Notes under the pieces: generated by a model | The model's database searches: none | The model's input: only the letters and a program-made list of their open reading frames with translations | Told to the model about the DNA's origin: nothing | Assembly: GCA_016870275.1 (NCBI GenBank) | Contig: VGBZ01000005.1 | Span: forward strand, 50,552 to 114,551 | Direction of reading: 5' to 3' | Source: Actinomycetota bacterium | Lineage (GTDB): Bacteria > Actinomycetota > Acidimicrobiia > Acidimicrobiales > Microtrichaceae | Length of the DNA: 64,000 nt | Part shown: in pieces, positions 17,248-26,859 of the stretch | How positions within the stretch are numbered: the stretch's first letter is position 1 | Layout of the letters: each line of letters begins with the position of its first letter | Translations under genes and position numbers: made by a program

Positions 17248-17880
17248 TCAGGTCGCTCCTCGATTCGGTGAACGCAGTGAGTGGTCATGAGGGTGATCTG
17301 CGGGTTGGGCCGCGGACTCCGACCCTGTTCGGCGTCGGGACCGGAGATCGATGGTGGTCGTCGACGACTCGGTGTTCCGTGAGCGGATCCGGCTCGGGAC
17401 CACCGGTACGAGCATGCCGTAGGGCGCATCGTTGAAGCGGTGGTGCAACTCGTGCGCTGCACCCAGACGGTCGAGCGCAGCGATTCGTGGAAGATGTCCA
17501 CCGCCGAGGCGGCCGTGGATGTAGACGTCGTGGATCAGGAAGTAGGTGGCGCCGTACGCCGTGATGCCACCGGCGACCGGGACCAGAACCCAGAGGCCAT
17601 CGACATTGGTCCCGAGGAGGAACAAGACGATCGCTATTGCGGCGAACACGACGGGAAAGCGGTCGTTGCGTTCTAGGCGCCCGGCGGGAGGCAGGTGGTG
17701 GCTCCGGTGCCACGACCAGGCGAAGCCGTGCATGGCCCAGCGGTGCTCAGCCGCTGCGATGGCCTCCATGATGAGAAACGTGATTGAGAAAATTGCCAGA
17801 GCAACACCCACGACTAATTCTTCACAGTGTGGTCGCCGGCGGATGCAGCGGAGTCGAGATCCCGCTGTGGCTTGCGCCAC
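17248..17880 (-). CDS. crtZ: beta-carotene 3-hydroxylase (CrtZ)-like fatty-acid-hydroxylase-superfamily membrane protein
   Basis: MEAIAAAEHRWAMHGFAWSWHRSHHLP...NDRFPVVFAAIAIVL...FLIHDVYIHGR...AHELHH aligns closely with Pantoea CrtZ (MEVIAALAHKYIMHGWGWGWHLSHHEP...NDLYAVVFA...HDGLVHQR...HRMHH, from memory). The start is uncertain: ATG at 17880 or GTG at 17811. Confidence 0.65.
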   Translation of the reverse strand: MAQATAGSRLRCIRRRPHCEELVVGVALAIFSITFLIMEAIAAAEHRWAMHGFAWSWHRSHHLPPAGRLERNDRFPVVFAAIAIVLFLLGTNVDGLWVLVPVAGGITAYGATYFLIHDVYIHGRLGGGHLPRIAALDRLGAAHELHHRFNDAPYGMLVPVVPSRIRSRNTESSTTTIDLRSRRRTGSESAAQPADHPHDHSLRSPNRGAT

Positions 17881-17890
17881 AGCAACCGGT

Positions 17891-18859
17891 TCAGGCGCCC
17901 CAGCGGGCGGATCCGTTGAGGATCGCCTCGGCCTCGGCGACGAGGTTCCGGACGATCTCGCCAGCGGGAGTCAACTCCTTGATGGCTCCCATGCCCTGAC
18001 CTGCGGGCATGAACTCGTTGAGTGGATCCACGTCGGGAGTCGTCTCGTCGCCACCGAGGTGGTTGACTCCGTCGGTCATCGACTTGATCACCTGTCCGGG
18101 GAAGGGCTCCGGCGCTGCGCCGGAGCGAGCGAACTCCTCGGCGTACGGGGTCGCGATGACCCGGCACGTCTTGCCGGTGTAGGCCCGGGTCACCACGGTT
18201 CCGTCCTCGGCGCCTGCGAGCAGCCGGTCCTTGTAGCCGGGCACCGCCCGGGCCTCGGGCGTGGCGATGAATCTGGTCCCGACCCAGACGCCGTCGGCCC
18301 CGAGGCACAGCGCTGCAGCGAGTCCACGACCGTCGACGATGCCACCGGCGGCGACCACAGGCACCTCCTGACCGACGGCGTCGACGACCTGGGGAACCAG
18401 AGCCATGGTTGCCACCTGGCCGGTGTGGCCGCCGGCCTCTGTGCCCTGTGCCACGACGAGGTCGCAGCCGGCTTCGACAGCGGCGACGGCGTGGTGGACG
18501 CGTCCGCACATGTTGACGACCAGGACGCCTTGTTCGTGGCACTGGTCGATGACCTCCCGGGGCACGCCGAGTCCGGCGATGAACACGGTGGCGCCCCCGT
18601 CGATGATCGCCTGCACCTTGCCGGGCATGTCCTGGGGTGCCGCAGTGAGGAGATCGACACCGAAGGGTTGCTCGGTGAGGCGACGGACGTCGGCGATCTC
18701 CTCCACCATTCGGTCGTCGCCCATCGTCGAGGCCCCGAGACAGCCCAGGCCTCCGGCCTCGGACACCGCCGCGGCCAGTTGGAAGTACGAGACTCCACCC
18801 ATGCCGGCGAGCATGACCGGGTGCTCGACGCCGAGCAGTTCGGTGAGTCGGGTCTGCAT
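17891..18859 (-). CDS. nitronate monooxygenase / 2-nitropropane dioxygenase-like FMN oxidoreductase
   Basis: LLGVEHPVMLAGMGGVS...AAAVSEAGGLG, GTEAGGH and AAGGIVDGRG are the NMO/FabK-type TIM-barrel blocks. Confidence 0.8.
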   Translation of the reverse strand: MQTRLTELLGVEHPVMLAGMGGVSYFQLAAAVSEAGGLGCLGASTMGDDRMVEEIADVRRLTEQPFGVDLLTAAPQDMPGKVQAIIDGGATVFIAGLGVPREVIDQCHEQGVLVVNMCGRVHHAVAAVEAGCDLVVAQGTEAGGHTGQVATMALVPQVVDAVGQEVPVVAAGGIVDGRGLAAALCLGADGVWVGTRFIATPEARAVPGYKDRLLAGAEDGTVVTRAYTGKTCRVIATPYAEEFARSGAAPEPFPGQVIKSMTDGVNHLGGDETTPDVDPLNEFMPAGQGMGAIKELTPAGEIVRNLVAEAEAILNGSARWGA

Positions 18860-18922
18860 GCCCGGACCTTAGGTTCAACGCGCCGAGGGGTGGAACACCG
18901 GGAGGGGTGCACCATCTGCCTG

Positions 18923-19648
18923 ATGAAACATCGAATCACTGAGAATCATCACTTCATCAGGAAGATCCGGTTGGTTGCGGTGACGGTGCTTCCGGCTCTG
19001 GCAGTCGAATCCCGGGTGCAGGTCCGAAGAAGAGCAGAGCGCAACGACGGTGGTGGAGACCACGACGACGCAGGAACCCGCTGCGACATCGCCTCCCACA
19101 GAGGCACCGACGATGAACCACAGGACACCAACGCACACGGAACTCACGTTGCGGGGATCGCTGCTGCGGCGACCGGCAACGGGATCGGTATTGCGGGGAC
19201 GGCACCAGATTCGAAGATCATGCCGGTGCGTGTGATCGGAACCGACGCCACGGGGACTGACGAGGGGATCGCGGAGGGCATCAACTGGGGGGTCGCCAAC
19301 GGTGCTGATGTCGTGACTCTCTCCCTCGGCGAGACGGGGGTGCTGAGTCGTGTCTCCAAGGGCGGGCCGCTCAACGCGACGATCACGGGCGCCGCTGCCC
19401 CCGGGGTGCAGATTCTCTCCACCGCACCCACCGAGCCGACCTCCCTGTGGTCGCCGGGGAGCCGTGGCTACGAGTTGTTCGACGGCACGTCGATGGCGAC
19501 GCCGATCGTCTCGGGCATCGCCGCAATGCTGCTGTCGACCGGAGGCCGTGCTTCGACCGTCATCGAACGGATCGTGACCACTGCCGATGCGGCGAGCAAT
19601 CCGCAATCCGGGGCCGGCGTCGTCGATCCGTCCGAGACGGTGGGCTGA
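18923..19648 (+). pseudogene. decayed subtilisin-like (S8) serine protease gene
   Basis: This is the last ~240 codons of ORF 17546..19648. The His block HGTHVAGIAAA and the Ser block GTSMATPIVSGIAA are present. No catalytic Asp block lies upstream. The His-Ser spacing is ~118 aa against ~155 expected, so the AAGN oxyanion region is missing. A Thr/Pro linker (TTTTQEPAATSPPTEAPT) is readable only in another frame (ORF 19050..19235). Confidence 0.5.
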
Positions 19649-19654
19649 GCCGAC

Positions 19655-20920
19655 TCAGGCCACCGGCACAACGGGCTCCCTGAACGCACCGGGAGACGAC
19701 AGCATCCGATGGTGCCACCGACGTGGCGTGAGGACGATGGCTCTGGGGTAGTCCTCGAACAACCAGCGTGCGAAGTTCCGCCGGGTCCACGGTGTGGCGC
19801 CCGCAAGTCTGATCGCCGTGCGGGCACCCTTCCGGTGACGCATCGCCCGCACCAGCAGCATCGACATCCGGTGGTCGGCGACGAGGTCCGAGGTGACCTG
19901 CGCTGCGTAGGTGCGCGCCGCGTCGCCTCGTTCACTAGTGGTGACGATCGCTTCAGCAGCGCGTCGGCCGGTCAGGAGTGCCTGACCGATGCCCTCGCCG
20001 GTGAGTGGATCGCACGCCGCAGCGGCGTCGCCGACGAACAGCGTCCGGTGGGCGCACAGCGCCAGTCCGTCGATGCGGGCTGGGATGGGCCACGCCCGGT
20101 GCGGACCCTCCGGCTCGGCGTCCGGGCCGAGCAGCTCCTGCGCCCACTCCCGTGAGAGGAGATCGGCCCACAGGGGCCCCATGTCACCGACGGCGACCTT
20201 GGCCCCCCGCTGGATGCCGAAGCCGACGTTCGCCCGACCGTCAGGCAGCGGGAACGACCAGAAGTAGCCCGGGAGTAGATCGGACTCGAACCGGACGAAC
20301 AGGTCCCGTGCTGCGGCCGGAGCGACGTTCGTGAAGTACTGCCGGAAGGCGTGCCAGTCACCGCGGTAGCCGGGCACGGTGAGCCCCAGGTGCTTGCGAA
20401 CCGGCGACCACATCCCGTCGGCGGCGATGCACCACCGGGCGTCGATCGGACCCCGGGAGGTCTCGACGCGCACGTGGTCGTCGAACTCGATCGTGTCGAG
20501 GACAGAGGTGTCCTCCCGCAACTCCGCACCAGCGGAGCGAGCCAGGTCGACGAGTGCCTCGTCGAGGTCGATCCGGCGTGCCACCACGGCGAAGGTCCCC
20601 TGACCTCGGGGAAGCGGGAAGCGTCGGGTGGTGCCGCTCGGCGAGGAGATCCAACAGTTGGTGACTTCCTGCCACGACCCGACGGAAGCGGGATCGAGAC
20701 CGAGGTGCTCGAGGTGCCGGAGCGCCCCGGTGGTCAGGCCATCTCCGCAGATCTTGTCCCTCGGGAACACGGCCCGGTCCACGACGGTCACGTCGACCCC
20801 GGCCCGGGCGAGTTCGATGGCGGCTGCGGTTCCAGCCGGACCCGCACCGACGACAACGACGTCACGGCGCACGGGTGGGGCTGGAGCGAGGTCCTGCTCG
20901 GAGGCCTCAGTCGTTGTCAC
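19655..20920 (-). CDS. FAD-dependent geranylgeranyl reductase-family oxidoreductase (MenJ/ChlP-like)
   Basis: VVVVGAGPAGTAAAIELARAGVDVTVVDRAVFPRDKICGDGLT is the characteristic N-terminal block of the geranylgeranyl reductase family; FVGDAAAACDPLTGEGI is also present. Confidence 0.75.
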   Translation of the reverse strand: MTTTEASEQDLAPAPPVRRDVVVVGAGPAGTAAAIELARAGVDVTVVDRAVFPRDKICGDGLTTGALRHLEHLGLDPASVGSWQEVTNCWISSPSGTTRRFPLPRGQGTFAVVARRIDLDEALVDLARSAGAELREDTSVLDTIEFDDHVRVETSRGPIDARWCIAADGMWSPVRKHLGLTVPGYRGDWHAFRQYFTNVAPAAARDLFVRFESDLLPGYFWSFPLPDGRANVGFGIQRGAKVAVGDMGPLWADLLSREWAQELLGPDAEPEGPHRAWPIPARIDGLALCAHRTLFVGDAAAACDPLTGEGIGQALLTGRRAAEAIVTTSERGDAARTYAAQVTSDLVADHRMSMLLVRAMRHRKGARTAIRLAGATPWTRRNFARWLFEDYPRAIVLTPRRWHHRMLSSPGAFREPVVPVA

Positions 20921-20990
20921 GCCCTCAGGCTACGGGCCCGGATCCGACACACACAGTCCGGACCCACACCATGTCCATCGGCGGCCTCGG

Positions 20991-22397
20991 TCAGCTCAGC
21001 CCGATCACCTGGTCGTAACCGCGACGTACGCACTCGACGAAACGCTCGGGGTCGGAGATGGCGGCCGGGTCGACGTTCAATCCGATGTTGAGGTCGTTCT
21101 GGTAGCTCAGGAGCGTCACGTTCGCTGCTGCCCCGGCCACGGGTCCGAATGGCGTCACCGACGCCATCTCCACGCCACGGAAGTACAGGGGGATCGGTGA
21201 TCCCGGCACGTTCGAGGCCTGGAAGTCGAGGCCCTTCATCATCGAGCCGAAGATCTGCGTCACCACCGTGGTGGGCAGTCTGTTCAACACGTTGGACAGC
21301 ACCTCCACGAGTTGGTTGGCCGGCTCATCCCGGGCACTCAGCATCCGCTCCCGTATGGCGATCATCAGGTCCCTCAGATCAGCAGAGCCCGTCGGGAGCT
21401 CGAATCGGGCCGGCACGAAGTCGTTGCCGGCGACCTCGGCTGCCTCGGCGGCGCGGACGTTGATGGGCATGCCCATACGGAGGGTGTCGAGTTCGACGCC
21501 GTGGTCCTCGTGATAAAGGCGGAACCCCTGCACGAGTCCGGTGACAAAGGTGTCGTTGATCGTGCCGCCGATCGTCTTGCCCGCCTTCTTGGCGGCGTCG
21601 AGCGGGACGGTCACATGTTCGAAGTGGGTGGACAGCGAACGGCCGGTCATCAGCGGTGACAGCGGGTGGCTCACCGGCCGGAGCACCCGGGCGGTCGAGG
21701 CGGCCAGTTCGCCGAGCGACTCCATGGATCTGACCGGATCACCGAGGGCGCTGCTGGCGCTCTGTAGCCCGCTGCCGGCGAGACCCGACAGGAAACGCGC
21801 CTGACGGCGGGTCTCGTGGGCGAAGGCGTCGGCGAATCGCTCGGCCTGGTTCAGGACTCGTACCGTCGGGGCTTCAGGCATGGGCCGCTCGGGAGCGTCA
21901 GGTTCGAGGTCGAACAGTTCGAGCATCAGCCTCACGCCGCCCACCCCGTCGGTGATCGAGTGGTGGATCTTCATGATGATGGCGGACCGTTCACCGTCGA
22001 GATCGGAGACCACCAAGGCCTCCCACAGCGGCCGGGCCCGGTCGAAGCTCTGCATGGACATCGGCTGTGCCATGCGGAGCACGTCCTCGACGGACCCGTT
22101 GCCTGGTACCCGGGCGAAGCGCAGGTGGTAGTCGAGATCGAAGTGTGGATCGATCTCCCAGCGGGGAGGGGCGATCGACATCGGGTTGGATTGAACTCGT
22201 TCACGGAGTCGGGGGATCCGTCGTGAGATCCGCTCGAACTCACGGCGGACCACGGACCGTTCGATGGTGCCGTTCAACACGGTGACGGTGGTGATGGTCG
22301 AGCGGAGTGCCGGGTCCTTCTCGATTCCCCACATGAGCGCATCGGCGTCGCTCATGCGGTCCTTGTAGATCACTTCGGGCTGCGGTTGGTCCATCAC
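20991..22397 (-). CDS. wax ester synthase / acyl-CoA:diacylglycerol acyltransferase (WS/DGAT)
   Basis: Catalytic HHxxxDG motif (HHSITDGVGG), N-terminal SDADALMW block, 468 aa. Confidence 0.85.
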   Translation of the reverse strand: MMDQPQPEVIYKDRMSDADALMWGIEKDPALRSTITTVTVLNGTIERSVVRREFERISRRIPRLRERVQSNPMSIAPPRWEIDPHFDLDYHLRFARVPGNGSVEDVLRMAQPMSMQSFDRARPLWEALVVSDLDGERSAIIMKIHHSITDGVGGVRLMLELFDLEPDAPERPMPEAPTVRVLNQAERFADAFAHETRRQARFLSGLAGSGLQSASSALGDPVRSMESLGELAASTARVLRPVSHPLSPLMTGRSLSTHFEHVTVPLDAAKKAGKTIGGTINDTFVTGLVQGFRLYHEDHGVELDTLRMGMPINVRAAEAAEVAGNDFVPARFELPTGSADLRDLMIAIRERMLSARDEPANQLVEVLSNVLNRLPTTVVTQIFGSMMKGLDFQASNVPGSPIPLYFRGVEMASVTPFGPVAGAAANVTLLSYQNDLNIGLNVDPAAISDPERFVECVRRGYDQVIGLS

Positions 22398-22450
22398 GGA
22401 GTTGAGGATATGGCCTCGGCAATCGGCCGTGCCGGTTGATCAACGACGGA

Positions 22451-24145
22451 TCAGTTGGCCGGGGCCGTGGTGGTCGTCGTCGTGGTCGTCGTCGGCGTCT
22501 TGTCCTCCTCGCACTCGTAGTAGGCGCTGAAGGTGTCGTTCTCCTGACGACCGTCGAGCCAGTTGCGTTGGCGGACCGTGGCCACCGAGCCACAGCCGCT
22601 GGTCTGGCTCTGGCTCACCTGGCGGCCGGTCACGAACGGCGTGGAGTAGAGCTTCACGGTGATCGACGAGTCGGTGTAGGTCGGCCAGATCACGACGCCG
22701 AACGGGGTGTTGTTGGTGATTCGCAGGTCTACGTCGGGGAAGTTGAGGGTCGCCTCCCGTGCGTAGGGGTAGCGACTGATGTACTTGCCGTGCGACATGT
22801 AGTCGGGGATCTCGAGTCCACCGAAGAACGCAGCGTTGAACAGCGTGGTGGCGAACTGGCTCACTCCGCCACCGATGTCCTCCTTGAACTCCCCGTCGTA
22901 GATCACCGGACCGCTGACGTAGCCCTTCTCGACGGTCCGTCGGCCCACGGTGTCGTTGACGGAGAACGTGGTTCCTGGTGGGATCAGCGTGCCCTGGAGC
23001 GTGTCGGCGATGCGATGGATGTTCTGCACTCTGGGCTGGCCGGCCGGGTGGCTGGTCGTGAACTCGCCGATGACCTCCTCGACTCCGAGGGTGTTGGCCC
23101 ACTCCACCCCCTGAGCCGCTGTCTCCACCGTGGTCGGTAGTGACGCCTCACGCTGGTCCCCGAGCAGCGCCTGCACGATCAGGTCGGGTGCCTCCGGGGC
23201 GCAGCACACGACGGCGTCGGTGCCGGCAACCGGTGACGGCACACCGTCGACGACGGTGAAGCGAACGCCAGTCGGGTTGGTCCGGTTGGTGGGCACGGCC
23301 TCGCTGAGCACGTTCGCCACCATGTTCGGGTCCAGCGTCAAGCGCAGCGGTTTGCCGGGGCCGTCATCGGCGATCACGACCGTCGGGCGAAAGCGGACAG
23401 CGTCGACGGTGACGCGCTCATCACCCACGACGAGCGTCATCTCGCCCTGGGTGATGGCGTTTGCCCGGTCGATCAACGCCTGCACCTCGGCGTCGGTGTG
23501 TTGCGGTCGCAGCGTTGCTCGTTCGACGTTGACCACGATCGGCTTGCCCACCTCGTCCAACGTGAGCGGAAGGGACTGCACGACCGAGTTGATCGAGATC
23601 TCCCTGCCGTCGACCCCAGGGACCAGCACGACCGCCTCGGGGGTGATCTGGATGCTCGGCTCCTTTGCGGGAACCCGATCCTCGCCCTCGAGCACCCCGA
23701 GTGATTCTCCGAGGGCGACGGTGTCGACGTTCAACACGATCGGCTGGGTGCGGTCGGCGAAGAACGACGCCAGCCAGCGCAGTGGGGGCGTGGGGAGAGG
23801 GTCGCCGCGGCCGATCTCCCAGACTTCCTCCACGGAGGAGTCCACATCGACGCTCAGGCCAGCCTGACCGAAGGTCGTGTCACGGTTGATCTCGGCGGCG
23901 TTGATCGTCAGCGGCGTGGCGGGAACCTCAGCGGCGAGTCGCTCCACGGTGGCTCTCAGTTCCTCCCGGGTGAGGCCGCCGACGGGCACGCCGGCAATGG
24001 TCACGTTGCGGGCGACCGTCTCGCCGCCGAGCCAACGGTCCGCACCCCAGGCTGCGGCGACCACCCCGAGCAGGATCAGCGGGGTGGCGAGCGCGATGGT
24101 GATGACCCTATGGGCGGACGACACCTCCAAAATGTGCCACATCAC
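22451..24145 (-). CDS. VanW-family membrane-anchored protein (YoaR-like)
   Basis: N-terminal TM helix. C-terminal VanW block (IPPGTTFSVNDTVGRRTVEKGY...GGGVSQFATTLFNAAFFGGL...). Poly-Thr tail TPTTTTTTTTTAPAN. The start may be internal to the ORF. Confidence 0.75.
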   Translation of the reverse strand: MMWHILEVSSAHRVITIALATPLILLGVVAAAWGADRWLGGETVARNVTIAGVPVGGLTREELRATVERLAAEVPATPLTINAAEINRDTTFGQAGLSVDVDSSVEEVWEIGRGDPLPTPPLRWLASFFADRTQPIVLNVDTVALGESLGVLEGEDRVPAKEPSIQITPEAVVLVPGVDGREISINSVVQSLPLTLDEVGKPIVVNVERATLRPQHTDAEVQALIDRANAITQGEMTLVVGDERVTVDAVRFRPTVVIADDGPGKPLRLTLDPNMVANVLSEAVPTNRTNPTGVRFTVVDGVPSPVAGTDAVVCCAPEAPDLIVQALLGDQREASLPTTVETAAQGVEWANTLGVEEVIGEFTTSHPAGQPRVQNIHRIADTLQGTLIPPGTTFSVNDTVGRRTVEKGYVSGPVIYDGEFKEDIGGGVSQFATTLFNAAFFGGLEIPDYMSHGKYISRYPYAREATLNFPDVDLRITNNTPFGVVIWPTYTDSSITVKLYSTPFVTGRQVSQSQTSGCGSVATVRQRNWLDGRQENDTFSAYYECEEDKTPTTTTTTTTTAPAN

Positions 24146-24322
24146 GCCGCAGATTTTGTGCCGCTCGCCCGGACCTGTGACCCGGCACCGAGGCCTTCGA
24201 TACCGGGTTGGGGGTCTGCGGGGCGCCGTTGCTGGGGAAGGTCAGGGGCTCCGCCTTGCGTCTGGCAGGATGCTGCGGGCCATTCGCCCCGCCCGAGGTG
24301 CGGATCATCGGAGGAGGACATC

Positions 24323-25183
24323 GTGCCCATCAACCCCGACGCTGTTGGATCCACCGGGGACCCGGTGGAGACGTCGTGGAGCGCCAAGGACGCCCTGCTC
24401 TACGCAGTGGGTGTCGGAGCGGGTCAGGACCCGACGAACCCTGCCGACCTGCCGTTCGTCACCGAGAACTCCATGGAGATCACCCAGCGGGTACTGCCCA
24501 CGTTCGCCGTGGTCCTCCCCGACGTCTCGGGTGCCCTGCTGTCGATGGGCTCGTTCAACCCGGTGATGCTCGTCCACGGTGAGGAACGGGTGCACCTGCA
24601 CCGAGAGATCCCGGTCCGCGGAACCGTCTCGACCGTGGCGGAGATCACAGCGGTCTGGGACAAGGGCTCTGGCGCCGTGGTCGAGATCACCAGTCGGTCG
24701 AGTCTCCTCGACGATGGGGAACCGCTCTTCGACGTGGTGATGTCGGCATTCATTCGCGGTGAGGGCGGCTGGGGCGGCGAGCGGGGCCCGTCAGCGCAGT
24801 CGGAGATCCCCGACGGTGTGGCCCCCGATGTCGAGGTGGTCTACACCACCCGACCCGAGCAGGCCCTCGTGTACCGGCTCTCCGGTGACCGGAATCCGCT
24901 GCACTCCGATCCGTCCTTCGCCGCCCTCGCCGGGTTCGACCGTCCGATTCTCCACGGTCTGTGCACCTACGGGTTCACCGGCCGGGCGATTCTCCGGGAA
25001 CTCTGTGACTCCGATCCGGCCCGCTTGGAGTCGATCTCGGGCCGATTCTCCTCACCGGTGTTTCCCGGAGAGGATCTCACTGTCCAGATCTGGCGCACTG
25101 CCAGTGCTCGGGCGGCGTTCCGCACTCTCGGGGGCGACGGACGCACCGTCATCGATGCCGGTCTGGTCACAACCCGTTCCTAG
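24323..25183 (+). CDS. MaoC-like (R)-specific enoyl-CoA hydratase, double hot-dog (MFE-2 hydratase-2 / Hsd4B-like)
   Basis: GTG at 24323, preceded by GGAGGAGG (24310-24317), within ORF 24110..25183. YRLSGDRNPLHSDPSFAALAGFDRPILHGLCTYG is the hydratase-2 motif region. Confidence 0.8.
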   Translation: MPINPDAVGSTGDPVETSWSAKDALLYAVGVGAGQDPTNPADLPFVTENSMEITQRVLPTFAVVLPDVSGALLSMGSFNPVMLVHGEERVHLHREIPVRGTVSTVAEITAVWDKGSGAVVEITSRSSLLDDGEPLFDVVMSAFIRGEGGWGGERGPSAQSEIPDGVAPDVEVVYTTRPEQALVYRLSGDRNPLHSDPSFAALAGFDRPILHGLCTYGFTGRAILRELCDSDPARLESISGRFSSPVFPGEDLTVQIWRTASARAAFRTLGGDGRTVIDAGLVTTRS

Positions 25184-25213
25184 ATCGGCCCGTCCTTCCC
25201 GCGAGGGGCGATC

Positions 25214-26158
25214 GTGACGGTCGGGCGACCGCAGCACCTGCCCTTCACCGGTGACGGGTCCCGTCTGCGGATGGGTCTGCGGCCGCTGCGCGAGGAGGAC
25301 TGGCTGGAGATCGACGAGGACCTCGACCTGTTCGTCGCCCACAAGCAGCGGATGTTGTCCGAGCGGCCGGCGGATGTCGTGGCGGTGGTGGCCGACTCGG
25401 ACGGTTCAGTTCACTCGGCGAGCGTCGAGTTGCTCGAGTGTCTGGCTGGCCATCTGGTGCGGTGGCATTCCTCGACCCACGTTCCAGCCGGCGATGGGAT
25501 CGCAGTCGGTTCACGGGGCGATGTGGTGCCGGTGACGCCCTCGGCACTCGCCGCCGCCGGCCTCCACCCGATCGACGCCGCAGGTCGACTCACGCAGGAG
25601 GACTGGACGATCCAGGTGCGCCGTCCCGACGGGTGGATCCTGGCCGCAGCGAGTGTCTGCTGTCCGACACGTTGGGTACTAGCAGAGAAGCTCGGCCGAC
25701 CAATGGCCGATGTGCACCGCCCGGTGGCCGGCTACACCGAGCAGCTCGAGTCCGCCGTCGACCGCTTCTTCGACCGGATCACTCCCGAGGAACCACGGTG
25801 GCGTCTCAACTGGAACCTGACCGATTCGACGGACCTCTACCAGCCCGGCGGCAAGTACCGGGACGAGCCGGATGCAGGCCTCACTGCGGATGTGGTGGCG
25901 GACCGGGTGTGGTTGCGGGTGGAACGCCAGACGCTCCGTCGGCTGCCCCGGAGCGGGGCGGTGGTCTTCGGAATTCGGATCCACTCCGATCCTCTCGGGG
26001 TGCTCGCTGACCGCCCGGACGTCCTGGCCCGGCTGGCCGCAACCATCCGTTCGCTCCCACCCGGGACGCTCTCGCACAAGAGCATGGGGGCGTTCGCGCC
26101 GGCCGTGCTGAGCTGGATCGACGGGACGGTCGCCGGTCGTCAGCCGGGCAACCGCTGA
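25214..26158 (+). CDS. DUF3445-family protein (heme-dependent oxidative N-demethylase alpha-subunit-like)
   Basis: Blocks LRMGLRPL..EDWLEID, RWRLNWNL and RVERQTLRRLP resemble the DUF3445 family as I recall it. Confidence 0.55.
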   Translation: MTVGRPQHLPFTGDGSRLRMGLRPLREEDWLEIDEDLDLFVAHKQRMLSERPADVVAVVADSDGSVHSASVELLECLAGHLVRWHSSTHVPAGDGIAVGSRGDVVPVTPSALAAAGLHPIDAAGRLTQEDWTIQVRRPDGWILAAASVCCPTRWVLAEKLGRPMADVHRPVAGYTEQLESAVDRFFDRITPEEPRWRLNWNLTDSTDLYQPGGKYRDEPDAGLTADVVADRVWLRVERQTLRRLPRSGAVVFGIRIHSDPLGVLADRPDVLARLAATIRSLPPGTLSHKSMGAFAPAVLSWIDGTVAGRQPGNR

Positions 26159-26166
26159 GTTCGAAC

Positions 26167-26826
26167 TCAGAACAGGCGGAGTTCGTCGTCGACGGCTCCA
26201 CGGAGGACGTCGTAGTCGACCTCGACCCATGTGATCCCACGTGATTCGGCGAGCACGCGGGCCTGTGGCTTGACGACCTGCGCCACGAGGACACCGCGTA
26301 TGTCGCGCAGTAGTGGGTCGAGGCTGAGACGCTCGAGGTAGCGACTGAGTTGCTCGACGCCGTCGATCTCGCCCCGGCGCTTGACCTCGATTGCGACTGC
26401 GGTTCCCGAGGAGTCCCGGCACAACAGGTCGACCGGTCCGATGTCGGTGGGGAACTCGCGGCGCACGAGTATGAGGCCGTCGGCGATCACCTCGGGTGAC
26501 TGCGCCAGTAGGGCCTGCAGGTGGGCCTCGACTCCATCCTTCTCGAGCCCGGGGTCCACGCCGAACTCGTGCTGGCTGTCGGAGATCACCTCGATCAACT
26601 CGATGGTGAGCCGCTCGCCCTTGGTATTTGTGACCACCCAACGCTCCCCGTCGTCGATCAGGGTGTTGGGGGAGTTCATCCAGTTGAGCGGCTTGTAGGC
26701 GCCGCCGTCAGCGTGGATGGCGACGCACCCGTCGGCCTTGACCATGATGAGACGGACGGCCTCGGCGAGGTGGGCGGCGAGACGGCCCTCGTAGTCGACC
26801 GTGCAGCGGGCCACGACGAGGCGCAC
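26167..26826 (-). CDS. nucS: endonuclease NucS (EndoMS, mismatch-specific)
   Basis: [16 protein letters not shown]...[21 protein letters not shown]...[18 protein letters not shown] is the conserved NucS sequence pattern. Confidence 0.9.
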   Translation of the reverse strand: MRLVVARCTVDYEGRLAAHLAEAVRLIMVKADGCVAIHADGGAYKPLNWMNSPNTLIDDGERWVVTNTKGERLTIELIEVISDSQHEFGVDPGLEKDGVEAHLQALLAQSPEVIADGLILVRREFPTDIGPVDLLCRDSSGTAVAIEVKRRGEIDGVEQLSRYLERLSLDPLLRDIRGVLVAQVVKPQARVLAESRGITWVEVDYDVLRGAVDDELRLF

Positions 26827-26859
26827 GATGCCGAAGCTAGCCGGGGCTCGGCTGGGCGG

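Noticed and set aside
17546-19648. A 700-aa ORF, the longest plus-strand ORF in this region.
   Set aside because: The first ~460 codons are antisense to the well-supported crtZ-like and nitronate monooxygenase genes and are Arg/Gly/Asp-rich with no motifs. Only the last ~240 codons (from 18923) look like a real, decayed S8 protease sequence.
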